Positions 1 to 10,435 of a stretch of DNA of 64,000 nt are shown piece by piece (positions within the stretch are counted from its first letter, which is position 1; every line of letters begins with the position of its first letter). Position numbers and translations under genes: made by a program. The notes beneath the pieces were generated by a model. The model made no database searches. It saw only the letters and a list, made by a program, of their open reading frames with translations, and was not told the DNA's origin. This DNA is from an uncultured Nitrospiraceae bacterium (GTDB lineage Bacteria; Nitrospirota; Thermodesulfovibrionia; Thermodesulfovibrionales; SM23-35): NCBI GenBank assembly GCA_963727775.1, contig CAVSHB010000001.1:128001-192000 (forward strand). Direction: 5' to 3'.

Positions 1-61
1 CGTTAAGCTCCTTTACCGGCCTGTCCGCCATGCCGTCGCCGATGATTACAACATATTTCAT
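1..61 (-). CDS. apgM: 5' end of cofactor-independent phosphoglycerate mutase (runs off window)
   Basis: Manual translation MKYVVIIGDGMADRPVKELN; the DGMAD N-terminal motif is typical of ApgM-type mutases. Confidence 0.8.
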   Translation of the reverse strand, partial: MKYVVIIGDGMADRPVKELN

Positions 62-113
62 AAGTTGCCTTCCATTCTCTTTTTTATAATTTTATCACAC
101 ATGAACAGCTGCT

Positions 114-350
114 TTACTCTATGATGTCTTCTGCGGCAATATCTATTTTAATGCCCTGGTCCTTTAAGGATTGAATTCCTTTGCTGAGGTTTTCTTCAGT
201 GCCTTCAAGCTCAAGAACCATCTCTCCCGAGGTATCCGTAACTTTTGCCATTCTTATGTTCGGCATAACATCATACTTCTTGGCCATAGTAAAGATAACC
301 GGCTCGTTGATAAGCTGCCGGGGAAATGTCAGCTTAAACTTTTGCTTCAT
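114..350 (-). CDS. NIL domain-containing protein
   Basis: 78 aa from ATG at 350 after GGAGGAG RBS; LTFP..LINEPVI..NIR.A.V....GEMVLELEG pattern of stand-alone NIL proteins. Confidence 0.8.
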   Translation of the reverse strand: MKQKFKLTFPRQLINEPVIFTMAKKYDVMPNIRMAKVTDTSGEMVLELEGTEENLSKGIQSLKDQGIKIDIAAEDIIE

Positions 351-440
351 TATCTCCTCCTTTGCTTTTATCCCGCCTGCAATTCTTGATAACATTTTAC
401 TGCAAAGGCAATTTAATTTCTATCTTTCTGTGAGTTTTAA

Positions 441-754
441 CTGTATTTGTCGGTACCGCCGAAGCATTCTCCGTCGCACGTAATGAAAATACTCAAAGGG
501 AAAAGCGCAGAGTATTTGGCGAGGGAATTTCCTGAACTGGCGAAGAGATATTGGGGGATGCATATCTGGGGCAGGGGATATTGTGTAAGTACAGTAGGAA
601 TAAACGAAGAAACAATACGGGAATATATAAAAAAGCAGCAGGAAGAGGAAGAAAAAGAAGACCAAAGGCGATTATGGAAAGACAACAGCGAATGACATTG
701 TCAGGAGTTGTTGTTTCCTAACAAAGCCACCGACAAGGTCGGTGGTAGTTTACT
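441..754 (+). mobile_element. tnpA: Truncated IS200/IS605-family element: 3' half of tnpA (Y1 transposase) plus right-end hairpin
   Basis: LYLSVPPK..LKGKSA..W.RGYCVSTVG..TIREYIKKQ is the TnpA C-terminal half; the HUH motif and N-terminus are absent; subterminal hairpin CCACCGAC-AAG-GTCGGTGG at 727-745 followed by TAGTTTACT. Confidence 0.85.
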
Positions 755-1531
755 GTAATCTATTAACTCGATTATCGTGGGATGGTCGCTGCAGACAGGA
801 CATTCAGGGTTCCTTGGGATCTTTATCTTTCTGAAAGAAGGTTTCAGGGCATCGTATATGAGTAGCTCTCCTTTGAGTAAATCCCCCTTGCCGATGATCA
901 ATTTCAAGACCTCGGCAGCCTGAAGCGTTCCGATTACACCCGGAACAACTCCGAGCAATCCGACACCCTGAGGGGAAGGAAGTATGCCCGGGGGAGGGGG
1001 CTCTTCGAACAGGCATCTGTAGCATGGTCCTTCGCCGGGCATTACCACTGTTAACTGGCCTTCAAATTTGAATATCGCGCCTGTTACCAACGGTTTCTTT
1101 GCCATTATACAGGCATCGTTTACCAGAAACCTCGTTGCGTAATTATCACTGCAATCAACGACAATGTCGTAATCTTTAATAAGATTAAGGATGTTGTATT
1201 TTGTCAACCTTTGCCTGATAGGAATAATATGAACATCCGGATTAAGGGACTCGAACGTTCTTTTTGCGGATTCAACTTTTGGGATGCCGAGTGTCCTGGT
1301 GCAATGAGCAATCTGACGTTGGAGATTGCTGAGGTCGACTTTGTCATCGTCGATTATGGCGATAACGCCGACTCCCGCCGCGGACAAGTAATATCCTACC
1401 GGCGAGCCGAGGCCTCCTGCGCCGACCATAAATACCTTTGCCTTTAAAAGCTTTCTCTGTCCCTTTGCTCCGACCTCGGGCAGTATGAAATGTCTGCTGT
1501 ACCGCTGGAGCTGTTCTTCCGTGAATTTCAA
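701..1531 (-). CDS. moeB: MoeB/ThiF-family adenylyltransferase (last 17 aa derived from IS200 DNA)
   Basis: RYSRH, GAGGLGS, SNLQRQ, CYRC and CPVC zinc motifs. Confidence 0.9.
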   Translation of the reverse strand: MKFTEEQLQRYSRHFILPEVGAKGQRKLLKAKVFMVGAGGLGSPVGYYLSAAGVGVIAIIDDDKVDLSNLQRQIAHCTRTLGIPKVESAKRTFESLNPDVHIIPIRQRLTKYNILNLIKDYDIVVDCSDNYATRFLVNDACIMAKKPLVTGAIFKFEGQLTVVMPGEGPCYRCLFEEPPPPGILPSPQGVGLLGVVPGVIGTLQAAEVLKLIIGKGDLLKGELLIYDALKPSFRKIKIPRNPECPVCSDHPTIIELIDYSKLPPTLSVALLGNNNS

Positions 1532-1535
1532 TAAG

Positions 1536-2834
1536 CTAATTTTCTTCTTTTCCTTCGACCCGGATGAGCACTGTTTTGTCCTTCACCACAGGCAGTTTGT
1601 CTATCTCTTCCAAAGCCTGACGGACATCTCTTTCTTTAGCGTCATGGGTCAGTACCACGAGGGGGACGGCTTCGCCTTCTCTTCTGCCTTTCTGTATGAC
1701 AGAAGTAATGCTGATATTGTAATTGCCGAGTATCCCCGAGATCTTTGAAAGGACGCCGGGTCTGTCAAGCGCTGAAAACCTGAAATAGTATCTGGATACT
1801 ATTTCATCGATCTTTTTTATCCTTGTATCCCTGAAAATTCTTGGTATTGTCGGCACTCTTCCTACGGCGTTCTTTTTGATGTTCCTTGCGATATCAGCGA
1901 TATCGCTTACAACGGCGCTGCCTGTGGGGACAGAACCCGCGCCCCTTCCGTAGTACATAGTTGACCCCGTTGCATCTCCGTCAACATAAATCGCATTGAA
2001 CGGGCCGTCGACCTTTGCTATCAGATAATCTTTAGGCAGCATGGTCGGATGGACCCTGAGTTCCACTTCGCCGTCGGATTCCTTAGTGATGGCAAGCAGT
2101 TTTACCTTATATCCGAGTTCCGATGCAAAGCCGATATCCTGAGTGGAGATTTTGGAAATGCCTTCGATATATACGGACTTGTATGAGAGCGGAATTCCGT
2201 AAGAGAGGGTGGCGAGGATCGTAAGTTTGTGCGCGGTATCGATCCCTTCGATATCAAAAGTCGGGTCTGCTTCGGCATACCCGAGGGCCTGCGCCTCTTT
2301 TAACGCCTGCGAAAACTCGACGTTCTCATCGGTCATTTTTGTCAGGATGTAATTTGAAGTCCCGTTGATGATCCCATAAATGGCTTTTATCCTGTTTGCG
2401 ATGAGACTTTCTTTCATTACTTTAATAATGGGGATAGCTCCCGCAACAGACGCTTCATATCCAACCTCGACCCCTGCCTGCTGCGCGGCATCGAATATGT
2501 CGGTCCCTTCAGTGGCGAGCAACGCCTTATTGGCGGTCACAACATGTTTGCCTTTCTGGATAGCTTTGATGATAAAATCCTTTGCGGGTCTGATGCCGCC
2601 TATGAGCTCCACGACGATCTGGATATCCGAGTCATTGAAGATATCATTTACATCTGTGGTAAGAACTCCTTCAGGGACTTTTATGCCTCTGTCCCGTTTT
2701 ATATCGAGGTCGGAAATCCTTTTAAGGTTTAACTCAAAACCGAGCCTTTCTACAAGGACATCCTTATTCTCAAGGAGGACCTTTGCGGTGCCGCTGCCTA
2801 CAATCCCAAAGCCTATAATCCCGACGTTTATCAT
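1536..2834 (-). CDS. hom: Homoserine dehydrogenase with C-terminal ACT domain
   Basis: GFGIVG, VVTANKALLA, NGTSNYIL, AEADPTFDIEG, DRPGVL. Confidence 0.97.
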   Translation of the reverse strand: MINVGIIGFGIVGSGTAKVLLENKDVLVERLGFELNLKRISDLDIKRDRGIKVPEGVLTTDVNDIFNDSDIQIVVELIGGIRPAKDFIIKAIQKGKHVVTANKALLATEGTDIFDAAQQAGVEVGYEASVAGAIPIIKVMKESLIANRIKAIYGIINGTSNYILTKMTDENVEFSQALKEAQALGYAEADPTFDIEGIDTAHKLTILATLSYGIPLSYKSVYIEGISKISTQDIGFASELGYKVKLLAITKESDGEVELRVHPTMLPKDYLIAKVDGPFNAIYVDGDATGSTMYYGRGAGSVPTGSAVVSDIADIARNIKKNAVGRVPTIPRIFRDTRIKKIDEIVSRYYFRFSALDRPGVLSKISGILGNYNISITSVIQKGRREGEAVPLVVLTHDAKERDVRQALEEIDKLPVVKDKTVLIRVEGKEEN

Positions 2835-2902
2835 TTTTTCATCACCTTTCTTAAGTCTTTTAGAGCCTGTCTGCTGAACTCAAACATAGTCGCTGTACTC
2901 CA

Positions 2903-3745
2903 TCAGTTAGTATTATACATCTCCTCTGCGTTCATTGAACTTCTTACGAGAGGGCCGGATGCAACATGCTTGAAACCCATCGAGAGGGCCCTTAGCCGGA
3001 GCGCTTCGAATACCTCCGGGTTTATGTACTCGACAACCGGCAGATTGGATTTCGAAGGTCTCAAATATTGGCCTATCGTAATAAGGTCGCATCCCGCATT
3101 CCTCAGGTCTTTCAGAACATCGATGACTTCTTCGGACCTCTCTCCGAGTCCGAGCATCAGCCCTGATTTTGTATATATTTGCGGGGCCCACTTTGTGGCA
3201 TATCCCAATAGAGAAAGGGACCTTTTATAATGCGCCAAAGGTCTCACTGTAGGGTAAAGCCTCGGAACAGTTTCGACATTGTGGTTGAAGACATCGGGCT
3301 TTGCACTCAAGACGGTCCTCAGGTCATTCAACCTGCCCTGAAAGTCGGGGGTCAGTACCTCTATTTTTGCTCCAGGTAGACGGCTTCTGACGGAGTTGAT
3401 AGTCCTGGCAAAATGTTCTGCACCGCCGTCCTGAAGATCATCCCTCGTGACGGATGTTATCACAACATACCTCAAATTCATCTCTCCGGCCACTTCCGCC
3501 ACATTTTCGGGTTCTTCAAAACAAGGAGATTCAGGGGGCGAGGATTCGACGGAGCAGAACCCGCAATGCCGTGTGCATTTAGATCCGAGTATCATGAAGG
3601 CGGCAGTAGGTTTTGAGAAGCATTCCCCTATATTAGGGCATCTGGCTTCCTCGCAGACAGTAATGAGCCCATGGCTTCTCAATATCTGTTTGGCAGTGTG
3701 CAATCCCGCAGGCGCCTTTATCTTTACCCAATCCGGCAGTCTCAA
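2903..3745 (-). CDS. lipA: Lipoyl synthase
   Basis: CEEARCPNIGEC plus radical-SAM CTRHCGFC and C-terminal PLVRSS. Confidence 0.97.
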   Translation of the reverse strand: MRLPDWVKIKAPAGLHTAKQILRSHGLITVCEEARCPNIGECFSKPTAAFMILGSKCTRHCGFCSVESSPPESPCFEEPENVAEVAGEMNLRYVVITSVTRDDLQDGGAEHFARTINSVRSRLPGAKIEVLTPDFQGRLNDLRTVLSAKPDVFNHNVETVPRLYPTVRPLAHYKRSLSLLGYATKWAPQIYTKSGLMLGLGERSEEVIDVLKDLRNAGCDLITIGQYLRPSKSNLPVVEYINPEVFEALRLRALSMGFKHVASGPLVRSSMNAEEMYNTN

Positions 3746-3994
3746 AGCAAACTCCTTTATCCGAAAAAATGCAGTTAGAGGGTGGCAGCTTTAAGTATTA
3801 AACATAAAAGAAATGCCGAATTTTGTCAAATAAAGAAATGGTTTTTAAAATGCTTGTTGTCCTCTTTTCATCTTGTTAATTTTCCCTTTCAAGTGTTATT
3901 CTTTTTTATTAATGATACGGAATTCCTAATCAATTCCGTTGCCTGTCACGCCACGGCTGCAGGCAAGAAAATATTAAGATCAAGGGAAAATAAA

Positions 3995-5170
3995 ATGACA
4001 CACCTGAAACGTCAGCTGCCTTACAGGCCTTCGGAAAGGATGAACGTCGTAAGCTATCCCATAAGGGACATAGTTATGGAGGCGAAGCTCGAAGAGGCCA
4101 AGGGCAAGAAGATGATTTACCTCAACATCGGGGACCCTCCCCAGTACGGGTTTAAACCGTTTAGGGTGATATCCGAGCGGGTCAAGAGTGCACTCGACGA
4201 AAATTGCAAGGGTTATGCGCCTTCCGAAGGCGATGAACAGCTCAGAGAGACCGTGGCCAAGATCGAAAAGTGCAGGCCGGAGGACGTCTTTATCGTTGCC
4301 GGTCTTACCGAGGGCATAGATTTCTTTTTCCATTCGTTCATAGGGTTCGGCGAGAAAGTCCTCCTTCCCAATCCTGTCTATCCGCTTTATCTCAGTAAAG
4401 CAAAGCAGTTTGAGGGTGACAGCGTTTTCTACAGGCACGATGCCGACGGCCAGATTGATATAGGAAACCTGTCGAAGAAGATCGAAGGCGCAAAGGCGAT
4501 GGTGATAATCAATCCCAATAACCCGTTGGGCTCGGTCTATTCCGAAAGGAACCTGTCGGAGGTTGTCCAACTCTGCGCTGAGTATGATGTCCCTATATTC
4601 TATGACGGTTCCTATGACCAGATTATATTTGAAGGCAAAAATGTCGACTTCAGAAAGATAGCAAGGGATAAGGTGCCTTTTATATATGGAAGCTCGATGT
4701 CCAAGAACTTTAGTTATCCCGGCGCGAGGATAGGATGGGTGACGTTCCATGGAGATAAGTGGGAAGAGGTAAAGAATGCCTTCTTTCTATTGTGCAACCA
4801 GCGTCTTTCCGTGAATTGGGAGTATCAGAAAGCAGCGGCAGCAGCCATAGAGGACCCGTCATATCAGGCTTACATAGCGGACATAAGGAAAAAACTTATG
4901 GAAAGACGGGACTCTTTCATGAAGATCGCTAAAGACCTGCCGCTTGCGTTTCCTGTCCCGAAAGGCGCGTTCTATGCCTTCATTAAGCTTAGGACGCCGA
5001 AGTGGAAAAAGGACGTCGAATTCGTACGCGCTGCGCTTAAGGAGGGAGTTGTCTTCGTCCCCGGCTCGGGGTTCGGAAGACAGGAGGATGGAGTTTATTT
5101 CAGGACTACATTCCTGCCCAAGCCCCACATAATAGAAGAGGCCTTCGAAAAAATCAAACGGATATTGTGA
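3995..5170 (+). CDS. PLP-dependent class I/II aminotransferase (alanine aminotransferase-like)
   Basis: LNIGDP, INPNNPLG, SMSK (PLP lysine), GARIGW, PKGAFY; ATG at 3995 chosen over the upstream low-complexity extension. Confidence 0.88.
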   Translation: MTHLKRQLPYRPSERMNVVSYPIRDIVMEAKLEEAKGKKMIYLNIGDPPQYGFKPFRVISERVKSALDENCKGYAPSEGDEQLRETVAKIEKCRPEDVFIVAGLTEGIDFFFHSFIGFGEKVLLPNPVYPLYLSKAKQFEGDSVFYRHDADGQIDIGNLSKKIEGAKAMVIINPNNPLGSVYSERNLSEVVQLCAEYDVPIFYDGSYDQIIFEGKNVDFRKIARDKVPFIYGSSMSKNFSYPGARIGWVTFHGDKWEEVKNAFFLLCNQRLSVNWEYQKAAAAAIEDPSYQAYIADIRKKLMERRDSFMKIAKDLPLAFPVPKGAFYAFIKLRTPKWKKDVEFVRAALKEGVVFVPGSGFGRQEDGVYFRTTFLPKPHIIEEAFEKIKRIL

Positions 5171-7251
5171 GGGTTTAATCCCTTCACCTTCTTCTCGCGA
5201 TTAAAAGTGATCGCCCTGCGCGCACTCCACCTACGACTATTGATTGTCAGGATGCAAGAACTTCTGAGAATTCACAGAAGTAGAAATGCGCACGCACCTT
5301 GCAGAGCATGCAGGCTCCCGATTCTGGCCTTATTTTCTAAAGGAATATATACCCGGGCGTGCATTAACAGCGGATATCAGGTTCTGTGCTTCCTCATTTT
5401 TATCCTTGTCAGAAGAAATAGCTCGTGTATATTTTTTAACCGCTTGCCAAACATTTAGGCACTTCACCTGAAGGGCTGAGTCATATTCCAATATAGAAAA
5501 ATAATCCTTGGTTGCATTTTGAACAATTGCAAATAGTTCAAAATCATTAACATATGTAAATATATGATTATTGATATTCTTGGCATGGGAAGGGATATTC
5601 TTGTCATCTACATAAAACCGAAAATGAATAACATAATCAACATCATTGGCCGTTGTAGTCATAGCCTTAGGAGAAAAGTGGTGAGTAACTGCATTCCTTA
5701 TTCCATCCCAAAAAAGCAGGGGATATTTTTTATAGTCATCTGGGAATAATTTTTCAATAAATAACTTAACATTTTCTTGTGCGTTGTAACCGCTTTTGTC
5801 GTATTTAGTCTTTCCGCAATACAATGCCGATATAAATTCAAGATGAGCGTAAATCAAAATTGGGACAGAAACATTTCCTCCGCCTGGGAATGGTTTTGCT
5901 AACCTAAAATTGACCAGCAAAAGGGGTTAATGATAACCGAAAATTGACCACCCCGGGCACATCTCCTCATGATAAGGTGGGGCGAAATTTAAAGTCGCCC
6001 CATTTTTATGTCGAGGAGGAAAGGAGTGCTCAATATGGATCAGTATGAATTGGTTAGGACGGGTTATCGGGTGTACGGACAAAATATCAGCGAACTGGCA
6101 AGATTGACGGGCCATTCACGAAACACGATCAAAAAAGCCATACGCGGTGAGCCCTGGGGGTACAAGGAACGGAAGCATCAGCCGTTTCCTGCTCTTGGCA
6201 ATTACATGGCTACTATTGATAGCTGGCTTAAGAATGACAAGGACAAGCCGAAGAAGCAGCGGCATACGGCACGCCGGATATACAGTCGTTTGGTGGATGA
6301 GCATGGCTATAAAGGGTGTGAATCCACTCTACGGCGCTATGTAAAACTTGCGAAGATAACTTTCGGCATCGAAAGCCCTCAAGCCTTTATCCCATGCAAC
6401 CCGGAGTCTGGCAATGAAGCGGAAGTTGACTGGGGAATAGCGACGGCAATCATAGCAGGGGAAGAACACCGGCTGAAGTTTTTCTGCATGCGGAGCAAAT
6501 ATTCCGGCAAGCACTTTGTACGTTTCTATCGTTGTGAACGGCAACAGGCATTTCTGGATGCTCACATCCATGCGTTTGCCTTTTATGGCGGCATATTTCC
6601 GGTACTCATCTATGACAATTTAACGACGGCGGTGCAGAAGGTGCTGCGCGTGAGGGGCCGCATTGAGCAAGAAGGCTTCAGCAAGTTCAGGGCCTACTAC
6701 AGCTTTGAAGCCCGGTTTTGCAATCCCGACAGCGGGCATGAGAAAGGGGGCGTTGAAGGGCTGGTGGGTTATGCACGGCGCAATTACATGGTACCCATCC
6801 CAGAAGCCGACAGCCTGGAAGAGCTGAACGATAGAGTCCTTGGGCAGTGCTTTGATTATGGGGAGCACAGGATGGCGGGTCGTGACCGGACAGTTAACGA
6901 ATTATACGAAGGGGAGAAAGAGCGTCTTCTTACCCTTCCCGAAGCTGTGTTCAGCAATATACAGACATCAGGCAGCCGGGCCGACAAATATGCCACGGTC
7001 ATTGTGGACAAGAACCGATATTCCGTCCCAAGCGGGTATGCTGGGTTCAGAGTGAAGGTACTGCTCCATGCTGACAGGGTGGAGATATTTACAGGTACAA
7101 AGAAGTTGACTTCGCATGAGCGGTTGTACGGTAACAACAAATGGAGTCTCAACGTATTTTCTTTTATGAAAACACCCATAAATGCTTATATTACAATAGA
7201 TTACCGTGTATTTGGCTTTCAAATGTAGCCATATAATATAGCATTTTATAG

Positions 7252-7280
7252 TTGACATAGTGGTAATCATATCCTATAAT
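7252..7280 (+). promoter_or_regulatory. Consensus sigma70 promoter of the IS1634 transposase
   Basis: TTGACA (7252-7257), 17 nt spacer, TATAAT (7275-7280). Confidence 0.75.
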
Positions 7281-7287
7281 AGTAGCC

Positions 7288-8919
7288 ATGCCATTTAAAA
7301 AGAAGCCACGCCCCCATCTCGAAATACAGACTTCCGGCAATAAGCACTACGGCGTTATTCGCACTACCTTCCGTGAGAAGGGCGAAATCAGGCACACGAC
7401 ACATGGGACCATTAAGGATATGAGTCTTGAACAACTAAAGCTCATACAGGCCGCCTTCAGGGGCGATGTGCTGGTAAAGGGTTCAGCCGACGCTCACAAA
7501 ATCGCGGAATCGAAAGAGTACGGCGCTTCCTATGCGGTATTGCAGTTGGCGAAGGAATTAGAGTTGGACAAGATGATTTATTCGAGATATTCCGAGCAGT
7601 GGGTTAAAGACTGTCTTGCCATGATAATCGGCCGTTTAGTATATAGCGGCAGCAAGCTGGCTTTATCGCACAGATGGGAGGACACGGCATTATGGGAACT
7701 CTGCGGGATAGAAGGGCCGGTTGACGTAGATAAGCATTGTTATGAGCCTATGGATCGTCTTTTACAGAGGCAGGATGCCATCCAAAGTACATTGGCGAAA
7801 AAGCATCTCCGAAACGGCGCGCTTGTGCTTTACGATATAACCAGCAGTTATTTTGAGGGCGAGTATGAAGACAGTGAGATCGTTAAATTCGGATATAACC
7901 GGGACGGCAAGCGGGGGCATGAACAGATGGTGATAGGGCTGCTTTGCAGTCCCGAGGGGTGCCCTGTGGGTGTGGAAGTTTTCCCTGGGAATACTCAGGA
8001 TGCTCAAACGGTACCCGATAAAATAGCTGAGGTGCAGAAAAAATATGGGATCCAGGAGATAATCTTTGTAGGTGATCGTGGAATGGTTACTCATGCCAAT
8101 TACGAAAAGGTTAAGGATGTAAAAGGGCTCAATATAATATCGGCATTAACACACCACCAGATAAAAGAGCTACTGGAACGCAAGGTGATTCAGATCGATA
8201 TGTTTGATGAAAAGGAGATTATTGAAGTAGTGGATCCTGAGGCGATAGGACGGCGATACTGCTTATGCCGCAATCCAAAGACCGCTACAAGGGAAGCTGT
8301 GACACGCAAAGGCTTGATTGAGGTCACCAGAAAGGCATTGGATAGCATAGCCCAATCAAAACGGAAGTCGTCAAACGAGAAGATAGCGGCAAGGGTGGGG
8401 AAGGTTCTGGGAAAGTGGAAGACAGGTAAATTTGTAGAGTGGTCAGTACAGGATGGACGTCTCACATGGAAATTAAAAACAGAGAAGATCGAGACTGAGG
8501 AATTGATTGACGGCTGTTACATCATTGCCTCCGATGTTCCTGCCGGGCTGATGGCAAAGCAGGCAATAGTGGCATCATATAAAAAGCTTGCTCTTGTAGA
8601 ACAGGCGTTTCGGAACTTAAAGAGCGTACAGCTTGAGGTGCGGCCCGTTTATCACAAGACCGACGACCGAATCCGCTGTCATGTGTTTCTTTGCATGCTT
8701 GCCTACTACTTGCAGTGGCATATGAATCAGAGACTAAAGCCTCTGTTTCAGTCTGACGGAAAAAATAAACACCGCAGATGGACATTTGAGTATGTGATTG
8801 AGAGATTAAAGAGCCTGAGAAGGCAGAGACTTCAAGTGCAGGGCTCTTCGTGCCGAATTGTTTGCACCCCGGATAACAGTCAGCAAAAGATTCTTGATCT
8901 GCTCAAGGTAAAATTGTAG
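7288..8919 (+). CDS. IS1634-family DDE transposase
   Basis: LYDITSSYFEG, GYNRDGKRG, FVGDRGM, VEQAFRNLK, RIRCHVFLCMLAY. Confidence 0.95.
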   Translation: MPFKKKPRPHLEIQTSGNKHYGVIRTTFREKGEIRHTTHGTIKDMSLEQLKLIQAAFRGDVLVKGSADAHKIAESKEYGASYAVLQLAKELELDKMIYSRYSEQWVKDCLAMIIGRLVYSGSKLALSHRWEDTALWELCGIEGPVDVDKHCYEPMDRLLQRQDAIQSTLAKKHLRNGALVLYDITSSYFEGEYEDSEIVKFGYNRDGKRGHEQMVIGLLCSPEGCPVGVEVFPGNTQDAQTVPDKIAEVQKKYGIQEIIFVGDRGMVTHANYEKVKDVKGLNIISALTHHQIKELLERKVIQIDMFDEKEIIEVVDPEAIGRRYCLCRNPKTATREAVTRKGLIEVTRKALDSIAQSKRKSSNEKIAARVGKVLGKWKTGKFVEWSVQDGRLTWKLKTEKIETEELIDGCYIIASDVPAGLMAKQAIVASYKKLALVEQAFRNLKSVQLEVRPVYHKTDDRIRCHVFLCMLAYYLQWHMNQRLKPLFQSDGKNKHRRWTFEYVIERLKSLRRQRLQVQGSSCRIVCTPDNSQQKILDLLKVKL

Positions 8920-9373
8920 CCATTTTCTTGAAATTAGAAATCGCCTTCAAATCATTGCAGCATATGGAGTTCCTCGTAGTTTTTAAAAAGAAAATACGTC
9001 TCAAGCCGGACCATTATCTTGACCTAATTCAGCAACGGCCACTGGCTTTCAATAGTGCCCGGCCTATCCAGCAATGGCGGAAAAGCTGGCCGCAGTCCCT
9101 GCACCTTCTTTTAGAGCGGTTTTGCAGGGCACAGGGCGAAACAAACGGGATCAAGGACTTTATAACCGTTCTCATGTTTTATCGGGACTATAAGGCCGGC
9201 GAGATTGAAGCGGCAGTCGAGTTGGCCATAGAGAACAGCCTCAGCACCAGTGATGGGGTAAACCACATTCTCACCTACACCGGCAGCACCGACACGCCTA
9301 TCGCACCTTTACCGTCATGGCCCACGCTGCCACCTCCGGACTTAGCGGTTTATGCCCAGTTGGGAGGTGTCCA

Positions 9374-10147
9374 ATGAAAACCGGTGCATTAATAGAGTTA
9401 CAGGAGAATCTCAAAACACTGAATCTATCTGCCATGGCTCGCAACATGGAGGGGTTCGTGCGACAGGCCCGGGAAACCGGAATCGGCTATGACGAGTTTA
9501 TATTGAACCTGACCATTGCCGAATTGCAAGCCAGATCAGAAAGCAGGTTGAACCGTCGTATCAGGGAGGCAAAGTTCCCACTTATCAAGCCTCTGGAGAC
9601 CTTTGATCTTGCAGCGGTTCCTGAACTGGATCTTCGGCTCTTTCGGGAGCTTACAGGAGAAAGTTATATCAAAGAACATCGCAACGTCATTTTCCTTGGA
9701 AAAAGCGGTGTTGGGAAGACTCATATGGCCACAGCCCTGGGGATCGAAGCCTGTAAGAACAACTTCAGGACACGGTTTGTAACCTGTTACGGCCTGGTCA
9801 ATGAACTTATCGAAGCAAGACAGGAGAGGACATTGCAGCGTCTTATCCAAAGGTATGTCCGCTATGATCTGCTTATCCTTGACGAACTCGGATATGTCCC
9901 TTTTTCCAAGGAAGGATCGGAACTGCTTTTTCAGGTCCTGGCGGAAAGACACGAGAAAGGATCCGTGATGATCACAACCAACCTGGGGTTTGCTGACTGG
10001 ACCCAGATATTTGGCGATCAGGTAATGACTGCGGCGCTGCTGGACCGGCTGACCCATAGAGCCCATATCATCAACTGTACTTGGGATAGCTATCGGCTGA
10101 AGCAGAGTCTTAAAGAAAAAAGAAAACATGCAGGGAAGGAGAAATAA
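9374..10147 (+). CDS. istB: IS21 helper ATPase IstB
   Basis: GKSGVGKTH Walker A, LLILDELGY, AALLDRLTH; ATGA overlap with the istA stop. Confidence 0.95.
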   Translation: MKTGALIELQENLKTLNLSAMARNMEGFVRQARETGIGYDEFILNLTIAELQARSESRLNRRIREAKFPLIKPLETFDLAAVPELDLRLFRELTGESYIKEHRNVIFLGKSGVGKTHMATALGIEACKNNFRTRFVTCYGLVNELIEARQERTLQRLIQRYVRYDLLILDELGYVPFSKEGSELLFQVLAERHEKGSVMITTNLGFADWTQIFGDQVMTAALLDRLTHRAHIINCTWDSYRLKQSLKEKRKHAGKEK

Positions 10148-10148
10148 C

Positions 10149-10400
10149 ATGGAAACCACAGTGTATAATCCCCAAAAAGGCAGACTGGAAACAATTGAAG
10201 TAGAGTTTACGAGTAACAATACGACCTGGTTCAGCAATTGCAAGAGTCCCAGAGATATCTCGATGATAACAGATTTTGCCGGTGATATTCTGATCAGTGA
10301 ATTCGACTATAGCCATCCAATAAGGATCTACGATATATCGAGGACTGACATTGGCTATAACCAGAAAAAAGCGAGGCAATTGAGGCGCCAGTACGAATAA
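10149..10400 (+). CDS. 83-aa hypothetical passenger protein inside IS21
   Basis: ATG 1 nt after the istB stop, purine-rich RBS, lies within the IS ends. Confidence 0.65.
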   Translation: METTVYNPQKGRLETIEVEFTSNNTTWFSNCKSPRDISMITDFAGDILISEFDYSHPIRIYDISRTDIGYNQKKARQLRRQYE

Positions 10401-10435
10401 CGGAAAATTCGGGCTTCACCAGAAGCTCTACAATC

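Larger units (their letters stand above)
7153..8998 (+). mobile_element. IS1634-family insertion sequence
   Basis: Terminal IRs CGTATTTTCTTTT / AAAAGAAAATACG; 6-bp TSD TCTCAA at 7147-7152 and 8999-9004. Confidence 0.95.
6026..9377 (+). pseudogene. istA: IS21 transposase IstA interrupted by IS1634
   Basis: EAEVDWG, YDNLTTAV, HEKGGVEGLVGYARRN; frame continues NNKWSL|KPDHYLDL after removal of 7153-8998 and one TCTCAA. Confidence 0.92.

Noticed and set aside
3782..3994. N-terminal extension of the aminotransferase ORF
   Set aside because: AT-rich intergenic-like sequence; family similarity and an RBS-like purine tract begin at ATG 3995
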